Assembly (NCBI GenBank): GCA_002269645.1
Contig: NIVC01004369.1
Location: forward strand, 1 to 48,320
DNA from: Macrostomum lignano
Lineage: Eukaryota
DNA: 48,320 nt
Direction: 5' to 3'
In this document: one piece after another, positions 35,701 through 48,320 of the stretch
Numbering within the stretch: position 1 is the first letter of the stretch
Layout of the letters: each line of letters begins with the position of its first letter
The notes under the pieces: model-generated
Databases searched by the model: none
The model's input: only the letters and a program-made list of their open reading frames with translations
Told to the model about the DNA's origin: nothing
Position numbers and translations under genes: made by a program

Positions 35701-36691
35701 CCTGTCTTCTAGGCCGGTGGATGTCACGTCCAAGAGGTGACAAAAGTTGAGCTCCTGTCATTCATTTTTATTGGAGCACTATACTTATGGGAATATGGGG
35801 CGCAATTTCTGTGGAGGCGACTGAAGGCCGCGGCTCTTGAGCATGAGCTCAGGGTTGTTCCTTTGGCAAATTATCACGCGTTGGCCTTTAGAATAAATCA
35901 TCAATAGACGCTTTAGCTAGTGTCGCATTGGTGATTCGCTCGTCGTCTATTTTATTATAATCATATTTAAAGTCCCCTGGGTCGACTCTTGACCCAGACA
36001 AGATTATTGACGCTTTGGCCTCTTAAAATATTTAAGGCACCTTAATTTTATTTTATTTTTATTTTATTTTAAGGCACCTTAGTTTGCTTACTATATGAAG
36101 TATTTATTGCAGCACCTCCATTTGCACTCCCACACACCTCAAATTTTCTTATAGAACAGTGAGCTCCCGCGACCCCCCCCCCTTCGCTCAGTGTACAGCC
36201 TGACCCAAACACATTATATCCACGAGGGTATAGGCCTGTGCCTGTAAAGACTATACAACACTCTCCTGCCTTGGTTTCGCATCGGGGGGGGGAGGGGTTG
36301 CCATGCCCGTACGCACCGGGGGAGGCCGCAGCTTCGCCATTGGCCCGGAGGCGGGTTTAGTCACTGTGCACTGGAAACCGCTGGGAGAGAACAGGACAGA
36401 GGGGAGAGAGAGGGAGAGAGGGAGAGGTGGGGTGTATATAGCTAAAAAAGCAGAACAGCATGAGAGGGGGCCACGCAGCCTCATAACTTCGCATATTAAC
36501 CTACACAAGAAGCGCTATACAACCTTGCAGGACTACAACTGCTCTGAATAGTTTTGTTGCAAATAGAGAAATCGCAAGGTAAGGAACGATTGAATCTCTT
36601 TTCTGGTATTTCCTAATTTGCTTCATGCAATGAAGCATATGCAATACGTGTCTTGGTTTAGTTAGCGAGATGCAGAGTTCCTGAAAAACAC

Positions 36692-37458
36692 CGGAAATCC
36701 TGCAACACACAGCAGAAATCCTGCAACTCATAGCAGAATTCCTGCAACACACAGCAGAAATCCTGCAACACACAGCAAAAATCCTGCAATACACAGCAGA
36801 AATCCTGCAACACACAGCAGAAATCCTGCAACACACAGCAGAAATCCTGCAATACACAGCAGAAATCCTGCAACACACAGCAGAAATCCTGCAACACACA
36901 GCAGAAATCCTGCAACTCATAGCAGAATTCCTGCAACACACAGCAGAAATCCTGCAATACACAGCAGAAATCCTGCAACACACAGCAGAAATCCTGCAAC
37001 ACACAGCAGAAATCCTGCAACTCATAGCAGAATTCCTGCAACACACAGCAAAAATCCTGCAACACACAGCAGAAATCCTGCAACACACAGCAGAAATCCT
37101 GCAACACACAGCAGAAATCCTGCAACACACAGCAGAAATCCTGCAACTCAAAGCAGAAATCCTGCAACTCACAGCAGAAATCCTGCAACACACAGCAGAA
37201 ATCCTGCAGCACACAGGCAGAAATCCTGCAACACACAGCAGAAATCCTGCAGCACACAGGCAGAAATCCTGCAACACACAGGCAGAAATCCTGCAACACA
37301 CAGCAGAAATCCTGCAGCACACAGGCAGAAATTCTGCAACACACAGCAGAAATCCTGCAACACACAGCAGAAATCCTGCAACACACAGCAGAAATCCTGC
37401 AACACACAGCAGAACTCCTGCAACTCGCAGCAGAAATCCTGCAACACACAGCAGAAAT
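36692..37458. repeat. 21-bp minisatellite (CACAGCAGAAATCCTGCAACA)
   Basis: About 36 copies. Confidence 0.97.
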
Positions 37459-37958
37459 CACATTAATCTGAGTAAAGTTGGTCTTGGCAGGCAGGCGCCC
37501 TACCTAGTTCCGCTTAGATGATGATGCCCATGCAGGTAGACTGGTTAGTTACACCATGCACAGGTGGCATGGCTAAGCAGGTACTTCAGCTTTAGCCAGA
37601 CACGCAGTTTGCGCACGGGAGGCCTCCTTGCAGCTGGAGCCCGCGCGCCACCGAGCGCTCAATAGGTTAGAACTGGCTTAATTAGGACCTGCGCCGTCTG
37701 TGGCGTGCAAGCGTCTCACTTGCCCTGAATTTCTAACATTCTCTTGCACCTGCCAGCCACTCCTCTTCAAGTCTTCGCGTGTTGGCTGAATACTGAAGGA
37801 GTGAAGGAGGGGCTAATTAAGTATTAAAGACTTCTTCTGAAAAGATACGGGGTCCGGGGTCCGAATTCCTAAAAACTTCCAATAAAGCTGAGCTCTTTTG
37901 CTGGATCGATAAAGGGCGATGCCTCAAGTTCAATGACCAATTCTTAGTTTGTCAGATA

Positions 37959-38493
<535 letters not shown>

Positions 38494-38945
38494 AATAAGG
38501 CTACAAATTTCACATTCAAAGCCACACACAGCAGACACCAAAGCGCCGAGCCCACCACTTGCTCCCATGAAACCCCCAGTGTCGAATTTCATTTTCCCAT
38601 GCGGCTCAGCCGGGATTTGTGCCGGTCCCGGTGCAGTTCAGCCGGGTGCGGGAGGGCACCCAGTGTATTTATTCCAACGAAAACTCTGGATTTCAACTCT
38701 CGATCTGGCAGCCAAAAAAGCGGCGGAAAGGCCGGGCAAAGCTGCCGCCTCAGCCCGTGTGTCCCTCGCTGCGCGACAAACAAGTTGAACCGTGGGAGCA
38801 GCAAGCAGGCCAATATTGACTTTGTTTATCTGCTTTGCGTAAACACCGCCGCCATTTGTTCCGGCCAGGGCTAACTGCACGATTTTCTAATAGGACCCAA
38901 CCTTTACATTGAAATTCTGCCGCAGGGCTGTGTCCTTGTTTGATC

Positions 38946-38968
38946 AGATAGATAGATAGATAGATAGG

Positions 38969-39055
<87 letters not shown>

Positions 39056-39160
39056 GTAGATAGATAGATAGATAGATGGATAGATAGATAGATAGATAGA
39101 TACTGGTAGATAGGTAGATAGATAGATAGATGGATAGATAGATAGATAGATAGATAGATG

Positions 39161-39244
<84 letters not shown>

Positions 39245-39264
39245 GATAGATAGATAGTTAGATG

Positions 39265-39321
<57 letters not shown>

Positions 39322-39328
39322 TTAGATG

Positions 39329-39368
<40 letters not shown>

Positions 39369-39400
39369 TATAGATAGATAGATATATAGATAGATAGATC

Positions 39401-39451
<51 letters not shown>

Positions 39452-39586
39452 GGATAGATAGATAGATAGATAGATACTGGTAGATAGGTAGATAGATAGA
39501 TGGATAGATAGATAGATAGATAGATAGATGGATAGATAGATAGATAGATAGATAGATGGATAGATAGATAGATAGATAGATAGATG

Positions 39587-39642
<56 letters not shown>

Positions 39643-39662
39643 GATAGATAGATAGTTAGATG

Positions 39663-39706
<44 letters not shown>

Positions 39707-39738
39707 TATAGATAGATAGATATATAGATAGATAGATC

Positions 39739-39777
<39 letters not shown>

Positions 39778-39912
39778 GGATAGATAGATAGATAGATAGA
39801 TACTGGTAGATAGGTAGATAGATAGATGGATAGATAGATAGATAGATAGATAGATGGATAGATAGATAGATAGATAGATAGATGGATAGATAGATAGATA
39901 GATAGATAGATG

Positions 39913-39943
<31 letters not shown>

Positions 39944-39985
39944 GGATAGATAGATAGATAGATAGATAGATGGATAGATAGATTT

Positions 39986-40072
<87 letters not shown>

Positions 40073-40073
40073 T

Positions 40074-40111
<38 letters not shown>

Positions 40112-40112
40112 C

Positions 40113-40159
<47 letters not shown>

Positions 40160-40214
40160 GGATAGATAGATAGATAGATAGATACTGGTAGATAGGTAGA
40201 TAGATAGATAGATG

Positions 40215-40245
<31 letters not shown>

Positions 40246-40246
40246 G

Positions 40247-40325
<79 letters not shown>

Positions 40326-40431
40326 GGATAGATAGATAGATAGATAGATAGACAGATAGATAGATAGATAGACAGATAGATAGATAGATAGACAGATAGA
40401 TAGATAGATAGATACTGGTAAATAGATAGAT
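38946..40431. repeat. (GATA)n microsatellite (right arm, inverted relative to left arm)
   Basis: About 370 copies. The interrupting motif TACTGGTA recurs at ~39102, 39474, 39801, 40183 and 40413. Confidence 0.98.
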
Positions 40432-40941
40432 GCTGCACTGACTGCTTTAACGGGCACACATGCATAGTCAGCTTGGGCCTGATAATGGGGCTGATAGAAG
40501 TTGTTAAGTGTGCTATAAATGGGTATAGAATAAGGCAGCGGTTCTGCCGTCACCTGTCTGTCAGTCATCATCATTAATTGTTGGCGATTTCCCACCTTTC
40601 AGCTCCTCCCACGATGGGAAGGAGGGAATAGCCAGACTGCAGCTGTCCCCATCGGCTCCCCTTCAGCCACTTTCCACATACCAGAGCCTGAATTCCTAAT
40701 CCAATTCACGCCCGTTTCCTGAATTCCTCTTGAAAGAAAGATGCAGATCCTGGGATAGAAAACTGCATGCTGCTCGCAAGAGAAACGCGTTGCGTGGCAA
40801 CCCCCGAAACTCGGCATCCCCTGCACGTTTAACTTTTCTTAGCACGAAATTGCCGCTCGTCAAATATTCTGCATGCATGGCTACTTCGGCTGGCTTCTCT
40901 AAGTATGTGCAGTAGTATCGAACCAGTAGTATAGTCAGGCT

Positions 40942-41012
40942 CAGACAGACAGGCTGACAGACAGGCAGACAGACAGACAGACAGACACGAAGACAGACAG
41001 ACATACAGACAG

Positions 41013-41045
<33 letters not shown>

Positions 41046-41056
41046 CTAAGACAGAC

Positions 41057-41102
<46 letters not shown>

Positions 41103-41122
41103 TGACGGACAGACAGACACTA

Positions 41123-41174
<52 letters not shown>

Positions 41175-41192
41175 TGACGGACAGACAGACAC
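40942..41192. repeat. (GACA)n microsatellite
   Basis: Tandem GACA with variants. Confidence 0.95.
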
Positions 41193-41392
41193 TAATACAC
41201 CAAGATATGAAGACACCGAGACACCAAAACAGCAAGACACTAATACACCAAGATATGAAGACACCGAGACACCAAAAGAGCAAGACACTAATACACCAAG
41301 ATATGAAGACACCGAGACACCAAAACAGACAGACACTAATACACCAAGATATGAAGACACCGAGACACCAAAACAGCAAGACACTAATACAC
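41190..41392. repeat. ~50-bp minisatellite (AGACACTAATACACCAAGATATGAAGACACCGAGACACCAAAACAGCA)
   Basis: About 4 tandem copies. Confidence 0.9.
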
Positions 41393-42301
41393 AGACGAAC
41401 AAGCGAACGAGGCAGTTAAGACCGTTGCCCTACTCAAGCCGCCAATTCTAGCAGTTGCAATATAATTTGGCCGAACGCAGAACACTCGATTTGCGCTGGA
41501 TGCGAATCAGAATGTCTGAACTCATTTATGCATGGGGTCATTTCTTCCAACTTCTAAGCAAAAATGTATTTTTATATATAAATTTAGCATAGCATATCCC
41601 GGGCTTACTCGCTAATCCCGTTGTCAAAATCCCACGACTCCATAATAACGCTGCTGCACTAAACTCGATGTGAGAGCGCGATGTCACTTTGCTTGCATTG
41701 CGTTTATAAAAATTGGTACATTATTAACTTTACTGTTGGAATTGATTTATTCATATTCGTCCCGCATTCAGATAATTATATTTCGTTAAGGTTGACGAGT
41801 GACGGTGGACTCTCGCTTCGCTTGAGCATCAGTTCTGTTCTGAGTAGTGAAAAACGAAGTCGGATAATTTTTTTCAAAGAAGTTTTTAAAAATACAGCAA
41901 ATGTTCTCTGATACTACTGCTAAATATTTATTGGCTGATAGGGTTTTCTGGTCAGTAATTATCTGGTCAGTAATCCGGTCAGTTCCTCCTGACGCAGAAT
42001 TTGATTTATCAAAGTTTGACTTTAAAAATTGTTCAAATTTATAGATCGTTTCATCGAACTATTGGCAAGTTATCAGAATTCGAAAAAAATATTTTAACCG
42101 ATATGTATCGAAAAAATATAACACTGAGAAAATTCCGGCTTACGGTACTCTCCATTCCAAGTAAAAAGTAGCATATTTTTAAAACTAAAAGAGCAGATAT
42201 TTAAACAAGGTACAATATTTCATATTAAAACGTTAATTTCGGTAGGATGATTAGCAATAAGTACAAATGGAATAATGAACGGCGTTAAAAACAAAAGAAT
42301 T

Positions 42302-42391
42302 TCCGGTGAGGCGGATTTGAACCACCGACCTAAGGATCACTGCACATTTGCACTCTACAGTCCTCCGCTCTACCAACTGAGCTATCACCGG
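42302..42391 (-). tRNA. trnY-GUA: tRNA-Tyr(GUA) with 17-nt intron (42338-42354)
   Basis: Minus strand CCGGTGA-TAGCTCAGTTGGTAGAGC-G-GAGGA-CTGTAG[AGTGCAAATGTGCAGTG]A-TCCTT-AGGTC-GGTGGTTCAAATCCGCC-TCACCGG-A. Perfect acceptor stem, canonical 37/38 intron and a downstream T-run terminator. Confidence 0.97.
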
Positions 42392-42513
42392 GGCTGACCA
42401 GAGGGAAGTTTATCCATATGTTTAAATAAGACTGTATACTATTTTCACTTGCAGATCTTGAGCTGGCTTGTACTTGTTGTCTGAGAATGCCGCCGCAACA
42501 GTCAAATTTGTGA

Positions 42514-42864
<351 letters not shown>

Positions 42865-43255
42865 TGAGGGTGTTGTGCTTTTTGTGAACTGCAGTTCCTG
42901 TTTGAATGTCCTCAGGGTGCACTCTGTCATCAGCACTGTGTTCAGGGGGTGCTGTCCTCAGGTCACTATCATTAGTCGGCAATGTACACTAGCCTCTCGT
43001 TAGTGCTGCGCAATGTCAGTTTGAAAAGTTACTATACTCGTATAGATACTCCGGTGATAGAAAGTTGCTATGAGCAGTATATACATGTCCGAAGCCTCAG
43101 GCCAGTTGCATTCCAGGTTGCATTCCAGCTTGTGTCATGTCCTGAGTCATTTGGTACGATACCGTTATCCTCTGCGGCATGGTTTTAAATGAAAAAAACT
43201 GTACCCAATATGTCCGGGTCAAATTTATCCGGGGGAGCACTATTTATAAAAGTGA

Positions 43256-45461
43256 TGTAACCGCCCTTGTCGCCTGTCCGCTCCGTAGAGAGACGAACGC
43301 ATGGCTAGAGGGGCAATGACCGTAGGCTGCCTATGACCGGGCAATGACCTGACGGACCTCCAGCACCAGACTGTCCCGCCCACATGATTAGTAGCTTTGG
43401 TAGCGCTTCGTGACCAGAGGGCCAAGGACCCACATGGACCCCACCTGTAGCCAAGGTGCAATAGTTGGTCACTCGGTCATGGTATGACCGAGTGGCTGCC
43501 ACCACTCTATGTGACCTGGCGCACCTGGATCTTTCTACCAGACCTCTCGAGGCTAGAGCCCCGCCTGGATTGGTTACCAGGGGATTTAGGCTAACAGGGG
43601 AGACGCATGCAGCCGAGTACAGGGACTCTGCTTGGGGCATGATCGGGAACTCTGGGCTCAATCCTGGAGGATTTCTCAGCAGGGGATCCTTTGTGGCTGT
43701 GAGCGAGGCTGACTTGCGACTTTGATTACTAAGAGTAGTATGAGGCGAACATGTACTGTCTACAGTTTAGATTGCTCAGGGCGAAGGGACGCGTTAGCAT
43801 GGGGTTGCAACCTTCCTACTGCCATTCTGTGCCAAGACTCGCTAATCCCTCTACTGCACGCACACGCGGCCCCGCATCACGCACTCACAGGCGGGCTTTG
43901 CACGGGGAGAGGCCATTAGATTACCCAAACTTCCTTATGCTTTGCCACCCCGGGAGAAAGGCTTAGCAAGCCATGAGTGAAATGATGGTGAAAGATTGAA
44001 TAATGATGAAGTTAGTTAATAGTTAATAATTAGGCCCTTAGGCAAATAAGCAGGCAATTAGGCAGCTTCACTATTGAGTAAAATACAGCAAAAGATACGG
44101 TATCACAATTGGCTCAGCTCTCTAATCAGACAATGGAAAATAGGCAAACCCCGGATAAGCAAAGGCAATTAGAGCACAAATTAGTAGCAGGAACTTACCG
44201 GCAGCTGCACAGAGAGAGAGAGAGAGACGGAGTGACCGAGGGCGGCTGTAGGCTGCAGTCAGGCAGACGGTGAAGCGGCGATGCGCTGGAGCGACGAGGC
44301 GCTGATGTAGATCAGGCGATGCTGATGATGCTGGGCGGTATCAGACCGCTGGCCGATAGGCGAGCTCACTTGGGGAGCTAAGGATAACTTGGCGGTAACA
44401 GACCGCGGACCGGCAGGGATTCGTCTTATAGACGAATGGGTCAGAACTCAATCTGACAGCAAGTCCAAAGAAGGACGAGGAGAGGAACAGAGATAAACTC
44501 AGTTGAGTATTCTCATGCCGAAATCGCTTCCTTTTATAGACCTCACAGCCGCCTCCTCAAGGTCGTTACCATGGCTCCCTCTCTCTGATTGGCTGCCGGC
44601 AGAATGACGTCAGAATGAGTCATGATGAGAAGCATGAGACCGGCATAGCAACATGAGAAATCGGGAAATTGCGCAATCCGGAGGTGGGGTGGGGGGATAA
44701 TTGGCGCAGCGGGTGGTCGCGAAAGTGTTGCGCAAGCAAACATTGAGAACAATAGGGCTGGGGTCGAGAACAAAGGAATTGGAAATCGGGGATAATTGGG
44801 GAAAACTGAGAACAATGGAAAAGTAAACATTGGAGAAAAGGTGATAATTAGGTGCGAAAACGAGAACAAAAGAAAGAGAAAATCGGAGAAAATGTGATAA
44901 TTGGTGGGGGTCGAGAGAACAAAAGAAGCAAAAACGAGAACAATAGAAGCGGAGGTGGGGTGGGTGTCACATGAGAAATTTGGGAAGGAGAACAATAGCG
45001 TGAGAAAAGGTTGCGCAAGAGAGGGGGATGAGTCATCGATGAGTCACCGAGGGGAGAAGGGGTCACACGACTTGCGTCACCGTTTGGGAGTTTGAGAGGG
45101 GATGGGGAGACGGTGAGCACACAAAGTACTGTAAGTAGACACAGGGAAAGAGGGGACAGCGCAGGAAAAGAGTGCAGAGGGAGACAAAAAAAAGGAGGAG
45201 GTAGAGAAAGTACAGGAAGAATAGGGCGGGAACAGAAGAGATAGGGTAGAGGGGAGGTACAGAAAGGGGTAGGGGCTCCGGAAAGGCAGGTGTGGCGGCA
45301 GAAGAGACGGGACCAAGGCAGCAGGAGGTGCAGCAGAGCGGGAGTCTCCAGGCCGGTCGGAGACCTGGCCGAGTCTCGACAGCTCTGTGCAGAGGGTGCA
45401 CGGATAGGAGGCACTTTCGAAAAAGTTCCCATGCCCTATCCGCGACCAGAGCGTGGTTACA
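43256..45461 (-). mobile_element. Putative long terminal repeat (3' LTR, ~2.2 kb) of an LTR retrotransposon inside the HS3ST intron
   Basis: TGTAACC...GGTTACA termini with a ~20-bp imperfect inverted repeat. A purine-rich tract abuts the right end on the minus strand. Internal CRE/AP-1/CCAAT/TATA promoter on the minus strand. The partner LTR, TSD and pol are not in the window. Confidence 0.55.
44531..44622 (-). promoter_or_regulatory. Pol II core promoter in LTR-like segment
   Basis: TATAAAAG (44531-44538), CCAAT (44588-44592), CRE TGACGTCA (44605-44612) and AP-1 TGAGTCA (44616-44622). Downstream donor G|GTAAGT at 44198. Confidence 0.55.
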
Positions 45462-45481
45462 TCACACCCCACTGCCTTTTG
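45462..45481 (-). other. Candidate polypurine tract (AAAAAGGCAGTGGGGTGTGA)
   Basis: Immediately precedes TGTAACC on the minus strand. Imperfect. Confidence 0.4.
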
Positions 45482-46511
45482 TGAAACTGGTTCCGTCATC
45501 ATCACTGCCCAACATGGAACCACACAGACGGGAGCGGGATCTCAACCGAACGTGAAATCACAGAATTAACAAACCGCGAGCGGGAATGGAAAAAGGCGAT
45601 AAAATAGAGGGGATAGCAATAAATTCACAACACGAGATACATAGGTTGGAGTGCAATACAGAATTTCAAAAATTTCAACTGTTGCTGTGGCTAAAGTGGG
45701 AGGGGGAAACACAGACAGCGCAATAGTAGGGAGAAAAATAGCGAATTGTCAACAATAAATTATCATAATTGGATAGAAGCGCAGCTGGGAAAGAGAGGAA
45801 ACGGGGAAGGGTGAGGGGTGGGGAAAAAGAAGGGGGGAAGGGTTGCTAGCACACAGCCAAGGGCAGAGCCTCGGGGAGAATGACGATTACACAGGGGAAA
45901 AATACTAATGCAGCGCAGTAAATTAATAAGCTAATTTCGCCGGGAGTTCAACCGCACGGAGGCCTAGCGTCCTTGAAGGCTCGGACCCGCTTCAGCCAGT
46001 CAGAGGGCTTCGGGGCGATCGTTGTAGCTGAGGCGCCGCGCCGTGCGCTGGCCACTGTATAAAAGGCGCCACTGATAACGGGAGCGGCTGCCTGCAACCT
46101 ACACGGAGTCGCAGTTTCCAACCAAGGCACTCAGCGCGATTTTTCCAAACTATACAACTACTCGGTAAGTCCATCACCAACCTGATTTCCTTTCGCCTAT
46201 ACGTTAAACGAAATCTACCCACTCGCCATGCCTTTCGTTTTAAACTGAGCCAATTGCAGTAATAATATATGGCCTTTCTTACGGTAAAAGTAGTGAGCAG
46301 CCAACACAGAGCCATTTTTAGGAATTTTTAGAATAATGACACAACAATGACTCGTATATTGGTTATTAAAGTTTAAAAATGAATATTATGGAAGAACCGA
46401 ATATTAATAGGATAATTTCACACACACACACACGACAAACACACAACGCAAGGGGGCGGAAAGGCGGGTCGGACCGGCCGGCGGACGTCGCTCAGCAGGC
46501 AGTCAGCATCC

Positions 46512-47854
46512 TTACTCGAAATGGGCCTCTTGATTTAGCTGGTACGGGCCATATGCCGCCACCTGAGCCATGGCACTTGCCCATGCTTCCACATAACGTT
46601 GGGCTGCCGCGGCCGTGAGCACCACTCGGTGCCATCGGCTAGGCAAGATGTCGTTGCGCAGCACGCCCTCAACTGCGGCAGAGTCGGGATGCCCAGGGCT
46701 TGGCATTGGACGACGAAGGCCGCATTCCGTACTTGTTGCAGCCGTGTCAGAGTTGGTGCAGACAGGGGCGGCTGCGCGATTGCAAAATGCTGCAAAGTGC
46801 CACGGGCACCTCGGCCAGGCCCGCGTAGCCGGGCTCAACGTCGCCCAGGGCCGCCAACACCCACCCACAGCGGCGATTGAACCGTTGCGAGAGAGTGGCG
46901 GCCAGGCCACTGTGGCAAGCGGCGCATAGAGGAGGGGCGCAGAGGCCGGCGCGGAGGCCGCAAGAATGCCGTCGTGGATGACGAGAGCCTCTTCCCATTC
47001 GGCGCCCTCGCTCAGGAAGCCCCAGAGCAGCCCTGGCAGGTCCGCAGGAAGCATGCCCAGCGGCTGGCCAAGCTGGCCAGGCCAATCAATAGCCGGGCTC
47101 TTGGGTTTGGCGTCAGTTGTCTAGTCATCTGAGAGGAGGCTGCGCAGCTGATGATCACCTTCTTGTAGACCGGCCGATCGCAGGTGCTGAAGATTGCTGT
47201 GATGGGGGCACAGGACGGCGGCCGGGCTGTCAGTGTGTGATGGTTCTCCCATCCACAACCTTGCGGAGAACTTGGCGGCCTGCCGACTAGGTCGCCGAGG
47301 CGTATTTGTAGGCGCTCTGGGCCGCTGCCTCGATGTACATTAACAGCGTATTGTCAACCAATCCCAGCAGGGCCGCTTTTGACAGGATGAGCAGACAGGG
47401 CCGGTCCAGGTTGTCGCGAAGTTGGCGCTCTAGAGTCGCATGCCTGTCCTCGGCCTGGAGTGGGCCATGATAGGACTCAGGCCCGACCCAGTGCACCAGA
47501 TCCCTAGCTGTCGCCGAAGGTTCGCCAGCCACCTGACCCAATCGACTTCTTCTCTTCGCAGGGCGATGTCCACACTTCGGCGGCTGTTGGGCAGAACATC
47601 ACGCAGGCGGCGGGCCGCCTCGCCGAATTCGGCCGCCATGTCCGAAATGTCCGCGGTGTCGCCCCCAGCATTGGCCGGGTCGATTGTCTCGTCACCTTCT
47701 TCGACCCTGGCGGAGGCCGCCGCTGGCGGCTCGGGCCGTCCTCCGCCTCTTGGATGGCGTCACGGGGCCGCTTTCGGCTAACTGGGCTGGCAGGACGCTC
47801 AGACGGTAAGCTGGAGCATAGCTGAATTCGATTGATGGTAGGCTTCGTGTCCAT
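46512..47854 (-). pseudogene. Frameshifted GC-rich coding region of unknown protein (ORF pieces 47504-47854, 47430-47639, 47287-47541, 46512-47054)
   Basis: Overlapping protein-like segments in alternating frames, an N-terminal RKRPR motif, and an upstream TATA/CCAAT promoter. No family recognised. Confidence 0.4.
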
Positions 47855-47944
47855 GTCAAGCTGGATAGTTCATAGAATGCTTCACGATTGAAGGACAGAA
47901 TGATTTCTCTGATTGATGATTTCCAGCTCTGGCAGGCGTGGGTC

Positions 47945-48064
47945 TTCTTATAGTGCCGGGGCTGGCTTCCCATTGGTTGAGCACATTGGGAGGCACACCT
48001 GCTGCGGCCGGGGTCGGCGCGTTGGCTTGGACCGCTCGCTCTAGTCTCCGTGCGCTCTGATTGG
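47945..48064 (-). promoter_or_regulatory. TATA + three CCAAT boxes upstream of ATG 47854
   Basis: TATAAGAA (47945-47952). CCAAT at 47972-47976, 47985-47989 and 48060-48064, all on the minus strand. Confidence 0.45.
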
Positions 48065-48320
48065 CTGGTTCCGCCGCTTCCTGTTTCCTCACCTGTGAGC
48101 AGGGGGCAGACCCGAGACCACCTCCGGTCGCGCCCGCGGCAGATCCGTACTCCAGCCGACAGAGATCGCACTCCCACCTCACATGCACACATTCAGATCA
48201 GCACACAAATTAATTTGGTTAATATGAATAGAAGAGGGATTTGGAGATTAGACTCCGGAGGATAAATGATGATGCGGCCCAACTCCCTTCGATTTCTTCC
48301 TTCAACGCCACGCGCACGCA

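Noticed and set aside
23301-37458. Regular 20-30-bp repeats resembling CRISPR arrays
   Set aside because: There are no unique spacers and no cas genes, and the context is eukaryotic with spliced genes.
40432-40940. Unique island between the GATA and GACA arrays as a minus-strand exon (EKPAEVAMHAEYLTSGNFVLRK...)
   Set aside because: It has in-frame stops, no recognised domain and no consistent splice donor.
48085-48188. WECDLCRLEY as the zinc finger of an R2/NeSL-like element
   Set aside because: The His ligands are missing and no RT context is visible in the window.

Overview
Eukaryotic (animal) genomic DNA, extremely repeat-rich. The composition, TTAGGG-type repeats and satellite-filled introns suggest an invertebrate such as a Macrostomum-like flatworm, but this is inference only. 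(1) 1-19972 is a head-to-tail concatemer of about 10 non-autonomous Helitron-like elements. Each has a TATACTAAA + (GTYT)n 5' end and a 3' hairpin followed by CTAG/CTCG. The units carry short (CCCTAA)n tracts, ~1 kb purine-only tracts, minisatellites and, in two elements, a tRNA-like Pol III cassette. (2) A CORE-type SINE at ~22.0-22.3 kb is followed by a spliced GT7 beta-1,4-galactosyltransferase-family gene (exons 22489-23248, 25230-25511, 26804-26948, possibly 29562-29594). Each of its introns is filled by a different satellite. (3) 30-41.4 kb is a chain of distinct minisatellites. One lies inside an apparent TIR element with an 11-bp flanking direct repeat, and a 450-bp core is flanked by inverted (TATC)n/(GATA)n arms. 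(4) An intron-containing tRNA-Tyr(GUA) on the minus strand sits just upstream of the first coding exon of a heparan sulfate 3-O-sulfotransferase gene. That gene's intron holds a minus-strand 2.2-kb LTR-like segment with PPT and a frameshifted, separately promoted ORF region that runs off the window. Most long ORFs in the supplied track are artefacts of tandem repeats.
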